Shown one piece after another: positions 51,295 through 64,000 of a stretch of 64,000 nucleotides of DNA. Where the stretch lies: positions 2,294,001-2,358,000 of the forward strand of contig MU058000.1 in NCBI GenBank assembly GCA_013265495.1, in the 5' to 3' direction. The stretch's first letter is position 1, and every line of letters starts with the position of its first letter. The translations under genes were made by a program, and so were the position numbers. The notes under the pieces were generated by a model. It saw nothing but the letters and a program-made list of their open reading frames with translations. It had not been told where the DNA came from and did not search any database. The stretch comes from Vicugna vicugna. Lineage: Eukaryota.

Positions 51295-52217
51295 CTTTTG
51301 TTACTTTTTAACTGCCTTGAATTCCATATACTTATGTACCTTCACTCATGTCCTTGTCAAAGAAATATAATTTACTTAAATGCAGAATTTCTTGTTATTT
51401 TGCTGTGTGTCCTCTCATGTAGAATACATTTTGTTACCTAATTTTCAAGTGGCAGTGTCTCAATAGCTAATATTTTCAAACTCTCTTAATCTTAGACTTG
51501 TAAGAGTTTCTTAAGCTGTTATAAATAGAAATATATGTATAAAATATATATATATATAAAATCTGAAATTTAAATCTAAAGCAATCATAGCCCTGTGGGT
51601 AGAGGCATGGTTAAAAACGGATGGCATGGAAAATAAATTAAGTAGCATCATGGACTTGTTCAAATTTAACAGAGGCCATGTTCAAGAAGGATCTTTTGTT
51701 TTTCTTAAGTCGCTCAATACACTAGGTGTTATTCACTAAAATCTCAGTTAGATGTACATGCTGAGTACTGTGGGGCTGCCCAGATCAAATGTGTGTAGGC
51801 TGATCAATGAGCAACCATCAACAAGTAATCAAAGTTGAAATATATTCCACTTACAGTTTCTTGTTTCCAGTACTCTAAGAGGTAACTGTAATTGTTATTC
51901 CCTTTAGCTCTGCCACTTGGAAGACTGACAGAGCAATAGAACTTCAGGGGGATGTGTTCTTCTCATTGGGTGAGCTGATGAGTAGGTACCTAGGGGTTTA
52001 CAACTGAGGAAATCTGATCTATCCTGTACCAATGATACACACAGATATTCAAAAGTTATGATGTTGGCCTCTCTGAAGAATGTCAACAAGCTTGCAGCTG
52101 GTCACTCAGATTCAAAAGGCATCATTGAAAGGGGTTCCTATTCCCCAAAGCCTTCATCCTCATTCAAACCAAGGTATAGAATTACTTGGTTATTAGTATT
52201 TAAAATGGACACAATGA

Positions 52218-52817
52218 CTGTGGTGAACAGATGATGATTTCCCATCTTCTCATACCCAGGAATTTGTGTCACCTTTTCTTGAGTGGAGGGTGGGACAGTG
52301 GGTTGCTGCTATCCAATAGAATATGGCAAAGGCAATGGAAGGTCACACTTTTGGTTAGGTTATATTATACACCAAAGGTGAAGGGAAGTTTTCTCCCTGA
52401 GTATTTTGTATTCTATAAGACTCTATCTCAGCATATGCTGTCTCACTGGTTTTGAAGAAACAAATATCCATGTTGTGAACTTCGTACTGAGAGAGTCATA
52501 TGGTAAGGAACGCAAGGCAGCGTAGAAGATTTGACAGCTACAAAAATGTAGAGATTTCAGTCCTATACTGGCAAGAGGTTGACTTTTGCCAACAACCTGA
52601 GGGACCTCGGTTCCAGTTCTCAGCTTGAGCATCTAGATGAACACGTGGCCCAGCTAACACCTTGGTTGCAGCTTTGTGAGACTCTAAGGAGAGGAGTTAG
52701 ATAAATTGTGCCTGAACCCCTGACCCATGGAAAACATGAAAAAATAAATGTGTGTTGTTTTAAGCCTCTAGACTTTTGGTAATATTTTTATGCTTTATCA
52801 CATTGAACAGACATACA
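52218..52817 (+). mobile_element. MaLR LTR (MLT1E/F-like)
   Basis: tgtggtg...ccaatagaatatggcaaagg...tgccaacaacctgaggga...aataaatgtgtgttgttttaagcc...taca. Confidence 0.85.
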
Positions 52818-52959
52818 ATAACAAAGGAATAATTCCCACCTATATAGTTGATGACAAATATTTTTGATAAAATATTACTGTCAGGTCATTAGCAAATATT
52901 TATGACTGGTAAATTTGCTCTATGAAAGTTCTCTTTAAAATGAGTTATGTATTTAATGG

Positions 52960-53170
52960 AGAGAGCCTGCATTGCATAATGTTTAAGAACATGAGTTCTG
53001 CATTCCTAGGATCAAATCCCAGTTCCTCTACTTTCTAACTGCATTATCTTGAGTAATTCATGCAAGATGTCTGAACTTCAGTTGTCTCAACTGAAAAATG
53101 GATAACAATTGCATATATCTCATAGACTTGCTATGAAGATTGAAAGAGTAAAAGCATGTCATTTGTATGT
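52960..53170 (+). mobile_element. MIR SINE
   Basis: aatgtttaagaacatgagttctg...caaatcccagttcctctact...aaaaatggataacaat. Confidence 0.75.
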
Positions 53171-55762
53171 TAAATTATACATATGTTAAATTATTGAAAT
53201 AAACATTTTGGTTTTATCCAGTATTGTAAATAGATATTGTAAATGTGTGTATGTGTTATTTTTGCCAAAATAGTTAATCTTCAAAAGTGAAATGGATAGC
53301 TCTACCCATTGTACCTAGAGTTAAGGTCAGGAATAGTACTGGCTGTGAAAAATAACAACAAATTTGCAGATGCCCCAAATTGATAGAAAGTGAATTCAAG
53401 GACAGAGCAAAAAAAAAAAAAAGTTAAGAAATAGTCACAGATTCATAGCAGATAACTGTGGCAGATTACAGAAGTCAGAGAAAGATCAAGTAGAACTTTG
53501 CTTTCAGAGAAAATTTGTTGCCTGTGAATAAAACAAAGTCCCATTCTGTTAAAGAATAGAAACTTTACTTAATAAGGATATGTAGGCAATACAGAGGAGG
53601 ACTAGTAAAGAAATCATTATGCTAGTGGTAAATTTTAGGGGGATTCTCTAAGGCTAAAGTCATAAAGCACACTAAGGAAGGAATGACAAAAAGTGGCTCA
53701 TCCAGGCACATATTTCACAAAAGTAGGACAGAGACCATACCCGCTTGTTCCTGGCTGGAGAATTACTTTTAACTTCCACGTGATGTCACATCAGGGGTGT
53801 AAACTAAACTTAGCGATATTTTGTGTTTCTAGTTTTTTATATATACTTCAAATAAATAGTGAATCTCTATATATATGTCCATCCAAGAGATAATCTGATT
53901 CTGGCAAATATGTTTTATTGGATTCTCAGTCAACTAATGCAATTTATCCCTGAGATCATGTTGTTCAATGGATGAGCCCATGGTTAATTTTCCTTAGACT
54001 TCTCTCGTAGGTAAAAGCATTTTTATTCAAGGTCCTTGCAACCAAAGTGAGGCAACATACTTGAAAAAAGTAAAGTGCCCTTGATTTAAGTGGATATTGA
54101 GTTTAGACACCTTTTCAGTAAGTTTAGATTTAATTGCCTTTTCAATGATTACATTCAATAGGCAAAATGATTGAAAAATCAAGATTCTTTGAATCAAATT
54201 CTCTTTGTCATTTGAGTGTAGAGATAGCTTTTTAGTTTTCTATTACAAAGATTAAACAGTTGTAAAATAATCAACTTTAGACTAATAAAATCTTCTGATG
54301 AAAAACAAAAGTAAACTTTAATTTATTTAATGAGGGGCAAAGTCAAATGATGAGCAGAAAAGGGGGTGCTAGTGATTTTAAACAAGTTCTAGATTTTGAA
54401 ATTTTCCAAGTCTACTTTATACTGTCGTAATAAATCACAAAAATATAACTAACCATTCTCAGTAAACATGACCTTTTTTAAAGGATTTGTAAATATCACT
54501 CTATTTTTCTCTGCCACTCTTCTCTAATTTAGAAAGATAAATAGAATGTAAATATTGCTCAGATGTTGAATCAGCTAGTCATTAGTATTTAAAGTCCCAG
54601 TGGTTTTTCCCCTTAAATAGCCAAAGTTCTTTAATAATTTTAGTTATCTATCAAATCAATACTTCCAAATATAGTAACATTATATTTGTTTTTTAAATGT
54701 ATAAAATGAGATTTTTGTTTTGAATGTTAAATGTATCTATATTTAAAACACGATATATATTATTGGCTTAATTTTCTATATGAGCCCTCAGAGATAATTT
54801 TTTGAACTATAGAATGATAAGCAAAATTGTATATATGTATGTGTACATAGTTTTAAATGTTTCTGTTCTCATTTCTCTTTTCTGTGTTTATATTTACCCT
54901 GATAAAGAATTTTATCTCAATTGATGCTATTATTCCAATCCGAAATGTGAGCAATTCATGAAATAGATGCCATTATGACATAATACTAAAAAGTAGTTGC
55001 AAAAAATGAAGTACATTTCCAGATAAGCATTTCTCATAACTTTATAGACATAGATACATAGACTGATAAGACAATAGATTTGCAGCTAGCTTAATAGTGG
55101 TAGACAGATGGACAGATACCCGATGGTAGTAAACTATTTTTGTGTTCTGTAAATTGTCATACAATTAAAGAATGATACAGCTCTGAAAATAATTTCAAAG
55201 AGAAGTGACAAAATCTTTTGGGGGAAAAAAAAAGGCTTTACTAGTGGGATAAATGTGTAAACTGTGAAGGGAATGGTTAGATTGTACAAACGTTTGTTGA
55301 CCATTCATTATATGTCAGTATTTCTTTTAGGGAATTGTATTAGACATTGGGGATTTTGCTACTTGTATGTTTAGAAGCATAACTTCTTATATGTTTCTTT
55401 AGAAGCAGTCTCATTAATTTACAGATGTATTGAACAGTAGGTAGATTAAGAATGCTAAATCTAATTCATTTATTCATTTATTTATTCCAGAAATCCCATC
55501 AATTGCTGACATTTTGCTGTTCACTGAGTGAGTAAGAAAAGTGTTTCTTGTCCCATGGGGCTGAAAATCTAATGAAAAATAGTCTTCTTAACTTGTAAAC
55601 ACGTATTCATTTATTTATTCATTTAACAGATACTTGTAAGAAGGAGAGAAACTTTTAATGCTGACATATCATAAATGACATGAAAATATTTACAACATGG
55701 TCACTCAGGACCAATCTTCACATTTGAAATAAGAATTTAGGTGCTTGTGCTGATATACATAT

Positions 55763-55829
55763 ATGGATGGATGGATGGATTGATAGATAGATAGACAGGT
55801 AGGTAGACAGACAGATAGATAGATAGATA
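55763..55829. repeat. Compound (GGAT)n/(GATA)n/(GACA)n tetranucleotide microsatellite
   Basis: ggatggatggatggattgatagatagatagacaggtaggtagacagacagatagatagatagat. Confidence 0.9.
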
Positions 55830-58800
55830 TTAAATTTTTTTTTACTATTCTTGAAGATCTTCATTTTCTGAGGTACATTTATGGCATTGTGTCCACAATG
55901 AAATGATGCTTCAATAACAGGTAAGGGGATATTAATTGAGGGAAATAATATCAGGTTGTTGCTCATCTATTTTATATGAAGACAAAGTAGAGGGTAATGT
56001 TCAATCTATGTGTTTTGCTGTATTTACCATGAAAATAGATTATACCCTAGGAAAAATGAGATAGAAAATGGATATTAGATTGTTCAAATTCAATTTGAGA
56101 GGACAAAAGATGATTCACTTGCGGTGCGGCATTAGCATACACTCCAGACCATGGGTTGGTGTTCCCTGAAACACACCAAAAATAATGAAAAATCAATGAG
56201 CTTTGGTAGATGTTAGCAAACATAAGCTAATAAAAATAATATAATACATTAAGTTTCCTGAATTTTTAGAGGAAATTAATTTTGGTTTAAGTAAGCCATC
56301 TCTATGGAAAGCAGTTATTTTGTCCATCAATCTCTTCCTTCATTCAGCAAACGTTATATAAGGAGAAATTTTTGAGTGTATCAAATAAGTCTCAACATGG
56401 CCAATTATTTAATTTTTAGTTTAATAGGTATCTTTTTAACATTCAAGTGACTGATTCTTAGAAAACTGATTGAATACATATCTCACCATATAATGAGTTC
56501 ATTGTAAATGCATTAGATATTGTGTTTATACTACTTATTGAGGAATTATTTTATTGAGAAAATAATATTAGTAATAATAGCATTGTCGTACGTATCAGTA
56601 ACTGTCATTCTTTTTCTTGCCATTTCATCTGACTGGTTTAAAAAATTTAACTTTTGTATATAAGTTCATATATATGTTTGTACAGTCAGTTATTTTTAAA
56701 ACACATGTGTTTATACAGTTATTTATTAAAAAATATACAGGCAAATGTAGATATGTAAATTATTATATCTGTATTTCTATAATTGTTTCTTTATTCACAT
56801 TCTTATGTAAGTAGCATATTTGTTTGTGTGTCACTGCAGAAATGACACAAACTGGCAATTATAAAGCCAATTTTATTTAAAATCATGATGGTTTTATTTG
56901 CATTGATTACAAGGTGTCTGGAACAATTGCTAACAAGAACAAATCCATAGAAGATGTGAGAATATCAATATGCTTCTAAGTCACAAATAATGAAGATGTA
57001 TATCTAAGGTAATTTGAGTTTCTGAAAATTATTCCTTGGCTCTCAGAGTGAATGGAGCTACAGTAAAATCAGTTTTGGTTGATTAGATAGAAATGACAAT
57101 ATCAAGTGGAAAGAGTAGAAAGTAAGTTGTAAGCTTCATTTTCAATACACACTGTACTTTACAATGATATAAATACGCTGTATCTTGCAATTATATGTAT
57201 TATGGAAGTCATGGTAATTTTTCCTGCATTGTTTTTTCTTTACTAAACTGCCACATAGCTGAGTTGTCAATATGATATTCTTGGAGTAAGTAAAATGGAA
57301 CCTTAAGAAAATGCTTAGATATCTCAAACAACAACAAAATGAAAAATTCTTAGCTAATTAAAGACGGGGGGAGAGGTATGAAGACTGATGTGTTCAGAAT
57401 CAGGGACTCAGTTTGATGTCCTTATTTCCTGACTCAGTGATTAGCAACCACAGGCAATGACATTCATGCGCAGAAACAGACTAAGACAGCTGATGTTATA
57501 TTATCCTCCAATTACGGTAGTATCTCTTGATTGTAAAATACCTTGTTAAAAAGTATATAGCAACCATTTTAGTTATTAATTCCCTGTTATTTCTTACCCC
57601 TGATTTGATTGTAATGAATATGTTTAAAGTTGATACTTGTGTAGTTGTAAGGGTTAATATTTTTAAAAAGTTAACTTTTAACAAACTCTTCTGACATACT
57701 CTTAATTTGAGAATATATTGAAATATAATATTCAGATATATAAACCATATATTTGCACATTTCCACCCATCTATAAAACTGACATTTACAGTTCAGAACT
57801 TTCTCAAGGAGTAATTAGGTTAAGTTATTTTACAGTTTTACCAGAACTCGAATTCATCTTCTAGAAACATAATTTTTAAATGTCTTGTAAAAATTCATAT
57901 TAAATTGCCATCAGGAAATCACTTTGGACTATTACAAACTCTGCTCTCATCTAAATTACCCTTACCTGTCTTATTTTTTTGTTAAAAGATCCTATTAGTG
58001 TAAAATCCTTTATAGGAAACTAGACATGAATTAAAAATTGTTTTCTTTATTCTGTATTTGAAACTTTTTACAGGTGATATAATTTCCTGCAAACTGAGTT
58101 TTAAATCAGATTACCTTAAGGGAAAGTGCTGAATGTACATAGGGCGCTGTCTCTGTTTAGACATTTACTGAATCCATTATAAGGGGGTGCTGGAAATGGG
58201 CAGTGAAGAATAGGTTTAATTTAAGAGTGTCGGTTTAGAACAAGTCTGTCTGAGATACTATATATACAATATACATAAAGAAATTTTGTATTTGCAATAT
58301 TATAGGAGAAAAAATTCTGTGCTCAAACTTTCTGTGATGAATTGAAAGTAAGTGGGGAATGAGAAAGAGTAACATTTATTAAACCCTGCTATGAACCCGA
58401 TAATGGTGGGGGGAGGATGAAATCTATAAGCTATATTGTATCACTTTTTCTTTAGTGGGCTTTCATTGAATTTTTTTTTCTTTCAAAGATTGATTTATTT
58501 AAAATTATTTATATGTAAGTATCTTACTAAAGAGCATACTAAGTATATTACTAGTATAAACTACTAAGAAAAGTGCCTTTTCTCACACAGTTCTATTATG
58601 TTGGTAGCTAAAAGTTTTGCTTGAATTAGCTAAATTATCTTTGTTCAGCTGGTAATGATTACATCTGAAATTTAAAGAGAATTTGTTATATTTTATTCAT
58701 AATATTCTTTGCTATGCAAACTGTCAGATGTTGAAGATCTACAAACACTCTTTGTTCCCTATTTTTATGTACATAATGTACTACCTGTGACCAGGAGTAA

Positions 58801-60109
58801 TCTTAAGATATAGATGAATCTTTTGATTGTTTTTCTGAGGATCAGCAGTTCATGACATTGTGACAATGTAAAACTCTGTCTTGAAGAAGCATTATTTAGT
58901 AAATACGTTCACACTCCCAAATTCCCCCTCCTTATGTCAAGACATTCAATTCTTTGGGAATGATTATGGCAGCTGAAACTTCCTGGCAGGTCCTTCAAGA
59001 TGCTCTCAGGCTATAAACAAGAGGACCTATACTGAGATCCTTACGATAATGACAATTTCAGTTCTTTGTAAGTTTCAGGAATATTTTCAAATTAAATTTC
59101 TTCTTCCATGGTGAATGTTCAAGAATTTAGTTCTGAGTAAAGTCGGATTGAAAGCTACTGATAACTTTAGTTGAATAAGAACATCCTCCTCTCTGGGATC
59201 TCAAGCATGAAATGAGCACTTTATCCAACAATAACAACTATTAGCACAGTAAACCCATGTGCCATGACCAAGGCTGTCTGTAGATACGTGAACAGACAAA
59301 TTCTGGTTGTTGTTCGCTAGTTATGTTACCCTATATATTTCCTATCCTGCTTTAATTTCCAGGAGACATTTAGCAAATTAAAAGCCAGACTGCTGACAAT
59401 ACTTCTTTCTCATGTACTTTTTTGATCATCCAATTGTGTTTGTATTTTAATTTTCTGTTTTGCTTTATATTTGTTTGTTAGGCCACCTCAAATCCTTTTG
59501 GATGTGGATTTATTTATTGTAAATTATTAATTTATGATCTCTGAAACACTCAAGGTAATAGTACACTAAATGTTGAAAGAAAATAAGGCCTACTGAGAAG
59601 AGCTCTTTTCCCCGCATCTTTAAAAATGGACATATTAATCACTGTAAGAATGAAAGTCATAAGGGAGGAAAGAGTGGTTTAGAAACTGAGATGGGAGATG
59701 ACAGGAAATCATTAGAAAAATCAATATGTTTAAATGATGAAAGATCAAAGCATTATACTTCTAAGAAATGTACAAATATCAAGCATGGTAGTTTAGTTTT
59801 CAAAAAAGCAGTATTATTCTACTCTAGGGGAAAACAGGGGATCAGGGCATAAAACATGATAATAGGGAAACTAAAATAAGATTGAGTGTTTTGCAGAGAG
59901 TGGAAATGATGCTGAGTTCCAGGAAAGAAAAAAATGGTGATGAATTACAACATTGCATTTGAAAGTTTTGCTGATAGCTGTGTGTTATAAAATCTATATA
60001 TGTGTTTATATATATGTGGTATATGTTTATATATGTGCTTATACAGAAGAAAGAGAGTTGAAAAGATCTAATTATTAGGTTGTGAGTCTACAAACAAACT
60101 TGCTATTTT

Positions 60110-62430
60110 TTAAAATAAAGTTTAACATATATATATTAATTCCAATTCCAGCAATTCCAACTGCAGGCACTTACACAAGAGAAATTAACAAGAGATTTCC
60201 AAAGAGAGTTTTGTACAGTAATCTTTATAATGGCTTAATTATAATAATCTTAAAGTAAAAGCAACTCAACTATCCAACAACACAAAAATAGATAAGCAAA
60301 TTGTGGTATTTATTAGTAATTAAAATTTATTAATTTTGTACACTTTAAATTTGTGCATTTTACTGTATGTAAAATTTGCCTAAAACACCATAAACAAAGA
60401 TTAAATTCTAATTAATAATATGAATCCTGAGACATTTTAGAGTAAGATGTACAGTTGTCTGAAACTTAATAAGACACATTGATAGGGGGCTAGAGAGAAA
60501 GATGTGTGTACTGTACACAATAGAAGAAATATGACAAAATGTTAATAATTATATAATTTAAGTGATTAGAACATGTCTATTCACTGTACAATTTTATATA
60601 TGTTTAAAAGATTAATGATAAAATGTTGAGTATAAATTAAAAGAAAATACTACAAAAGGAATGATCTTTTATGCTTACCTCTGTATTTATATCTATATCC
60701 ATATGCATCCAACACATATAGCAGCAGGAAGGAATCTTACTAAATGAAAGAAACTGGACCAAAAAGTATATACTTTATGATACCAGCATTAGGAAGCTCA
60801 AGAATGGGCAAAATTGATACGTGATAACAGAGATCAGAAAATTGTTGTCTGTAGATGTTGGTGATGGCCTGAAAGAAGCAATAAGGACATTTTGAGGTGC
60901 TGGATATGCTCTATATCTTAATTGGGGTGGTGGTTACATGAGTGTATACATGACTAAAATCCATCACTGGTAAAATTAAGATTTTATCCAAGAGAAAAAA
61001 AGCAAAATAAAAATATATTAAGATTTTTTAAATGCTCAGATGACTCATCTGCAATGTAATTTTAATAAAGGAAACACTAAAGAATGTTCTTTATTAGAAT
61101 AACTGCATAATTGCAGGTAGCTGCAGAATGAGGGGCAACATAAAAAGTAAGTATGTAGGCAAATCTAGATATAAAACCATTTTAGTTGTTACACTGTGTT
61201 TAAAATGTGTATCAAGTAAAATTAAATGATTAAGGTAGCCCACAGGAAAGGGACAGAAATATTGAGTTAGACTTCTCTAAGGTTACTGAGTCTTGGGAAA
61301 ATTGCAAATGTACTAACTCATGTAAGTTTTATACATCAAAATTTTATATTGTAATCTTTGTAAGAACTATGACAATAATGATAAAACATATGAAACTAGC
61401 AAGTTATAAGGAAAGATTGTTTTACAAGTAAATAAACACAAAAAAAAGATATAAAGTAGTAAAAAAAATAATAAATAGGTGCTTAAATATTTAGAGTTCA
61501 AGTGCTTGGTTGTGTGCAACTTTCTTTGAAACACCTAAGAAATAAAATGAACTGATGACTAGAATGATAAGTAGAAAAATGTATAAATATGTAATAAGAT
61601 AAATGTAGCAAAATGAGAGAAAGTTAGATGCTGCACGTAAGCCCAAATATGTCATTAATTACATAAAAATATTTTAAACAAATTACTAAAAGGCAAATAT
61701 TGCCAGACTAGGTTTGAAAGAAAATAGACCAAAAAAAATTCTGCTTACAACTTGCTTTAAACCTGAAGACACAGGAGAAAAATAAAGAAAGCAAAGGAAC
61801 TGAAACAGTGTTAACCAAAAGAAAATTCATGTGACTATACAATTATCAGACAAACAGAATTTAAGGAACACTACTAAGATGAAGAGATGTATGTCAAAGT
61901 GATATAAGGACAGTTGACCAACATACGTAAAATTTTAAATGTATATGCACCTAATAACATAGTGTCAGAATATATAAAGTAAAATAGGCAGAAATCAAAA
62001 TGGGAAATAGTCAAATTCACAATGTTATTGGAAGATTTTAATCTATTTCTCTTAGTCACTGACAGAATAAGCAAACAATAAGTTTGTAAGGATAAAAAAA
62101 GTCCATTATGAATGACAATTATGGTCAAATTTTTTATATATAAAACATAGTACCAACTAAAGCATACTAATTCTTTTTAAGGGCACATGGAATATTTACA
62201 AAAAACAAAAACATACTAGGAAATGAATCAAGAGTATATTACCTTCTTAACGTGAAGTAAGATAGATGACAATAAAATAAAATTAGAAAATATCAAATAT
62301 TTGTAAATCAAGTAGAATATTTCTATATCACCAAGGACTTAAAATGTACAAAATGAAAATTATAGACTATTTTGAATTCAGCAAAACTTGAAAAAATGGC
62401 ATTTATAAATTTATGAAGCAAGAATATCTG
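60110..62430 (+). mobile_element. Old L1 (L1ME-like) fragments: 3' region, then an endonuclease-region fragment
   Basis: ccagcaattccaactgcaggcacttacacaagagaaat; ggatatgctctatatcttaattggggtggtggttacatgag; aattttaaatgtatatgcacctaataac (ILNVYAPNN, L1 endonuclease motif). Confidence 0.8.
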
Positions 62431-62794
62431 TATAACTTGGAGACGGTCAGCCCTTCTTTCAGTTGGTGGCTTTAATTCTTGTTTCCAACTCCTGATTTGT
62501 TATATTGGCCAACATCTTGTCACAAAATGGCTAATCTGGAACTCTGGTTATCTATTTTGTCCTTTTTCTCTCCCATTCCACCCTCTGCTCTAAAAATCAT
62601 CTTTCCCTATTGCTTACAACAAAATACAATGCATCAATCATAGCTAATAATCCATAGATACTCATACTCATAGAAACTCATTGTATCCATTTTCCTACTG
62701 TGAAAGTTGGAACAATATTGGTTCAAAGATACACATAAGAAGTTAGATGATCCAGAATATGTATGTGAGCTCCATTATTGTCATCATCACCGTC

Positions 62795-63032
62795 ATCATA
62801 GCAAACACTTTCATGGTTCTGCCCATAAACTAGGCTGAATTCTGAATGCTCAATTAATCCTTAGAACAAGCCTATTAGGTAGGCACTATTATATACCCCA
62901 TTTATACATGAGGATACTCAGGTGGCAAATGTTAAGTGACTTTCTCTGGTAACAGAGCTAATAAACATGGACTTAATTTGAACCAACGTAGCCTAGCTTA
63001 AAAGTACTCTCTTAGCCATTGTGCTGTACTGT
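62795..63032 (-). mobile_element. MIR SINE
   Basis: ttaatccttagaacaagcctattaggtaggcactattatataccccatttatacatgaggatactcagg. Confidence 0.8.
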
Positions 63033-63294
63033 TTCTTATAAATACAGAACACACAAATATATCCAAAAATAGGCTTTTTTTTTTTCATCAACTGTCACCT
63101 AACCTATTATTTGCAGTTAGTTAATCTGATGTATCCTAATTTTAGAGTTTGTTAATCAAAAAAAATCTTTGACTTTATTGCACTAGTTTTTTTTAATTAG
63201 ATAAAGATAATCTGCAATGTGATTAAATCTTTGCTGCCTAGCTGTATGCTTTTTACCCTTTAATCATATGGTAGTATGCAAGTACTTCAAGCCA

Positions 63295-63530
63295 GGAGAC
63301 ATTATGTTTAGCGATTTTGCCAGAGCATAGCCTTTCAAGGAAAATGCCTGCATTCAAATATCAGTTTAGTATTTGAACCAATTGGATGACTTCCTAGTTG
63401 TACAGATCAGGCAAGTTACACAAACTTCCATAACCCCAGTGTTCCCATGTGTAGAGTTAAGATGATAACCCTATTTCATAGGAAAGTATTAAAATAGTGC
63501 AGGTAAAACACATAAAAGTCTTTGCATGCT
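63295..63530 (+). mobile_element. MIR SINE
   Basis: aggcaagttacacaaacttccataaccccagtgttcccatgtgtagagtt. Confidence 0.65.
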
Positions 63531-64000
63531 GGTTGAAAGAGAGAGGGATACAGAAACAGAGAAAGAGAAAGACAATGATAAAGAGAGAGTTGTTAAAAGA
63601 TATACTGAAGCATATTAAAATTTTAAGAGTTTATCTGAGGTCCCCAACTTGATGGTTTCCAAGCCAAGCTCTCAGGACAAAAGAAGACAAGCAAGAGGGC
63701 AATTGCTGTCCCTGGGACAGAACGTCTTAACAATCAAGGTGTACCCAAAAGCAAATTCCCAAGTCAAAATTCAAAGATTTAATTCTTACAAATGTTTTCT
63801 GATTGTTAATCTGAATTTGGAAAGGAAGGGATAATGTGAAATTTTACCTTTCTCCCTTGACCAGGCACTGCAGATAAATATGTGGGAGCACTTTGACTTT
63901 GCTAAGAATTTACACCTTTTGCCAGCTTTTGCTAGTTTTCCCAGGATTCTGTCTCCAGGCTCTGGAGAGAGTATGGTATCCCTGTGGGTCTCATCCTGGT

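Noticed and set aside
50540..51320. TSD around the whole RPL9 retrocopy
   Set aside because: The flanks share only A-rich similarity; I could not read a convincing duplication.
1..64000. A prokaryote-style or otherwise novel multi-gene system
   Set aside because: The sequence is mammalian repeat-rich non-coding DNA with no long ORFs, operon-like structure, tRNA/rRNA or repeat-spacer arrays.

Overview
AT-rich, CpG-poor mammalian genomic DNA that looks intergenic or deep intronic. I find no intact protein-coding gene, RNA gene or CRISPR array. The ORF track is noise, LINE-1 ORF2 remnants, or pieces of one decayed processed pseudogene of ribosomal protein L9 (RPL9; minus strand, about 50580-51294). 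Much of the window is layered transposon debris: ancient MIR and L2, old L1 fragments, MaLR (MLT1-type) LTRs, DNA-transposon MITEs (MER63-, MER47/Tigger5-, MER104-, MER5-like), three solo ERV LTRs with visible 5-bp target-site duplications (TSDs), and younger L1 3' ends of cetartiodactyl style. No young SINE family is recognisable, which suggests a camelid (inference). Repeat family names are from memory of consensus sequences, not from a search, and most repeat boundaries are approximate. I did not find a new gene system. The most unusual structures are: (1) about 155 bp of apparently non-repetitive DNA from 9 kb away, copied into an L1 3' end between two copies of a 29-bp L1 segment; (2) a TSD-flanked, tail-only insertion inside the RPL9 retrocopy; (3) a young CpG-rich, betaretrovirus-like solo LTR with duplicated U3 modules. 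The repeat-poor first 6 kb has a candidate promoter-like element and a candidate 30-nt micro-exon that I cannot assign to a gene.
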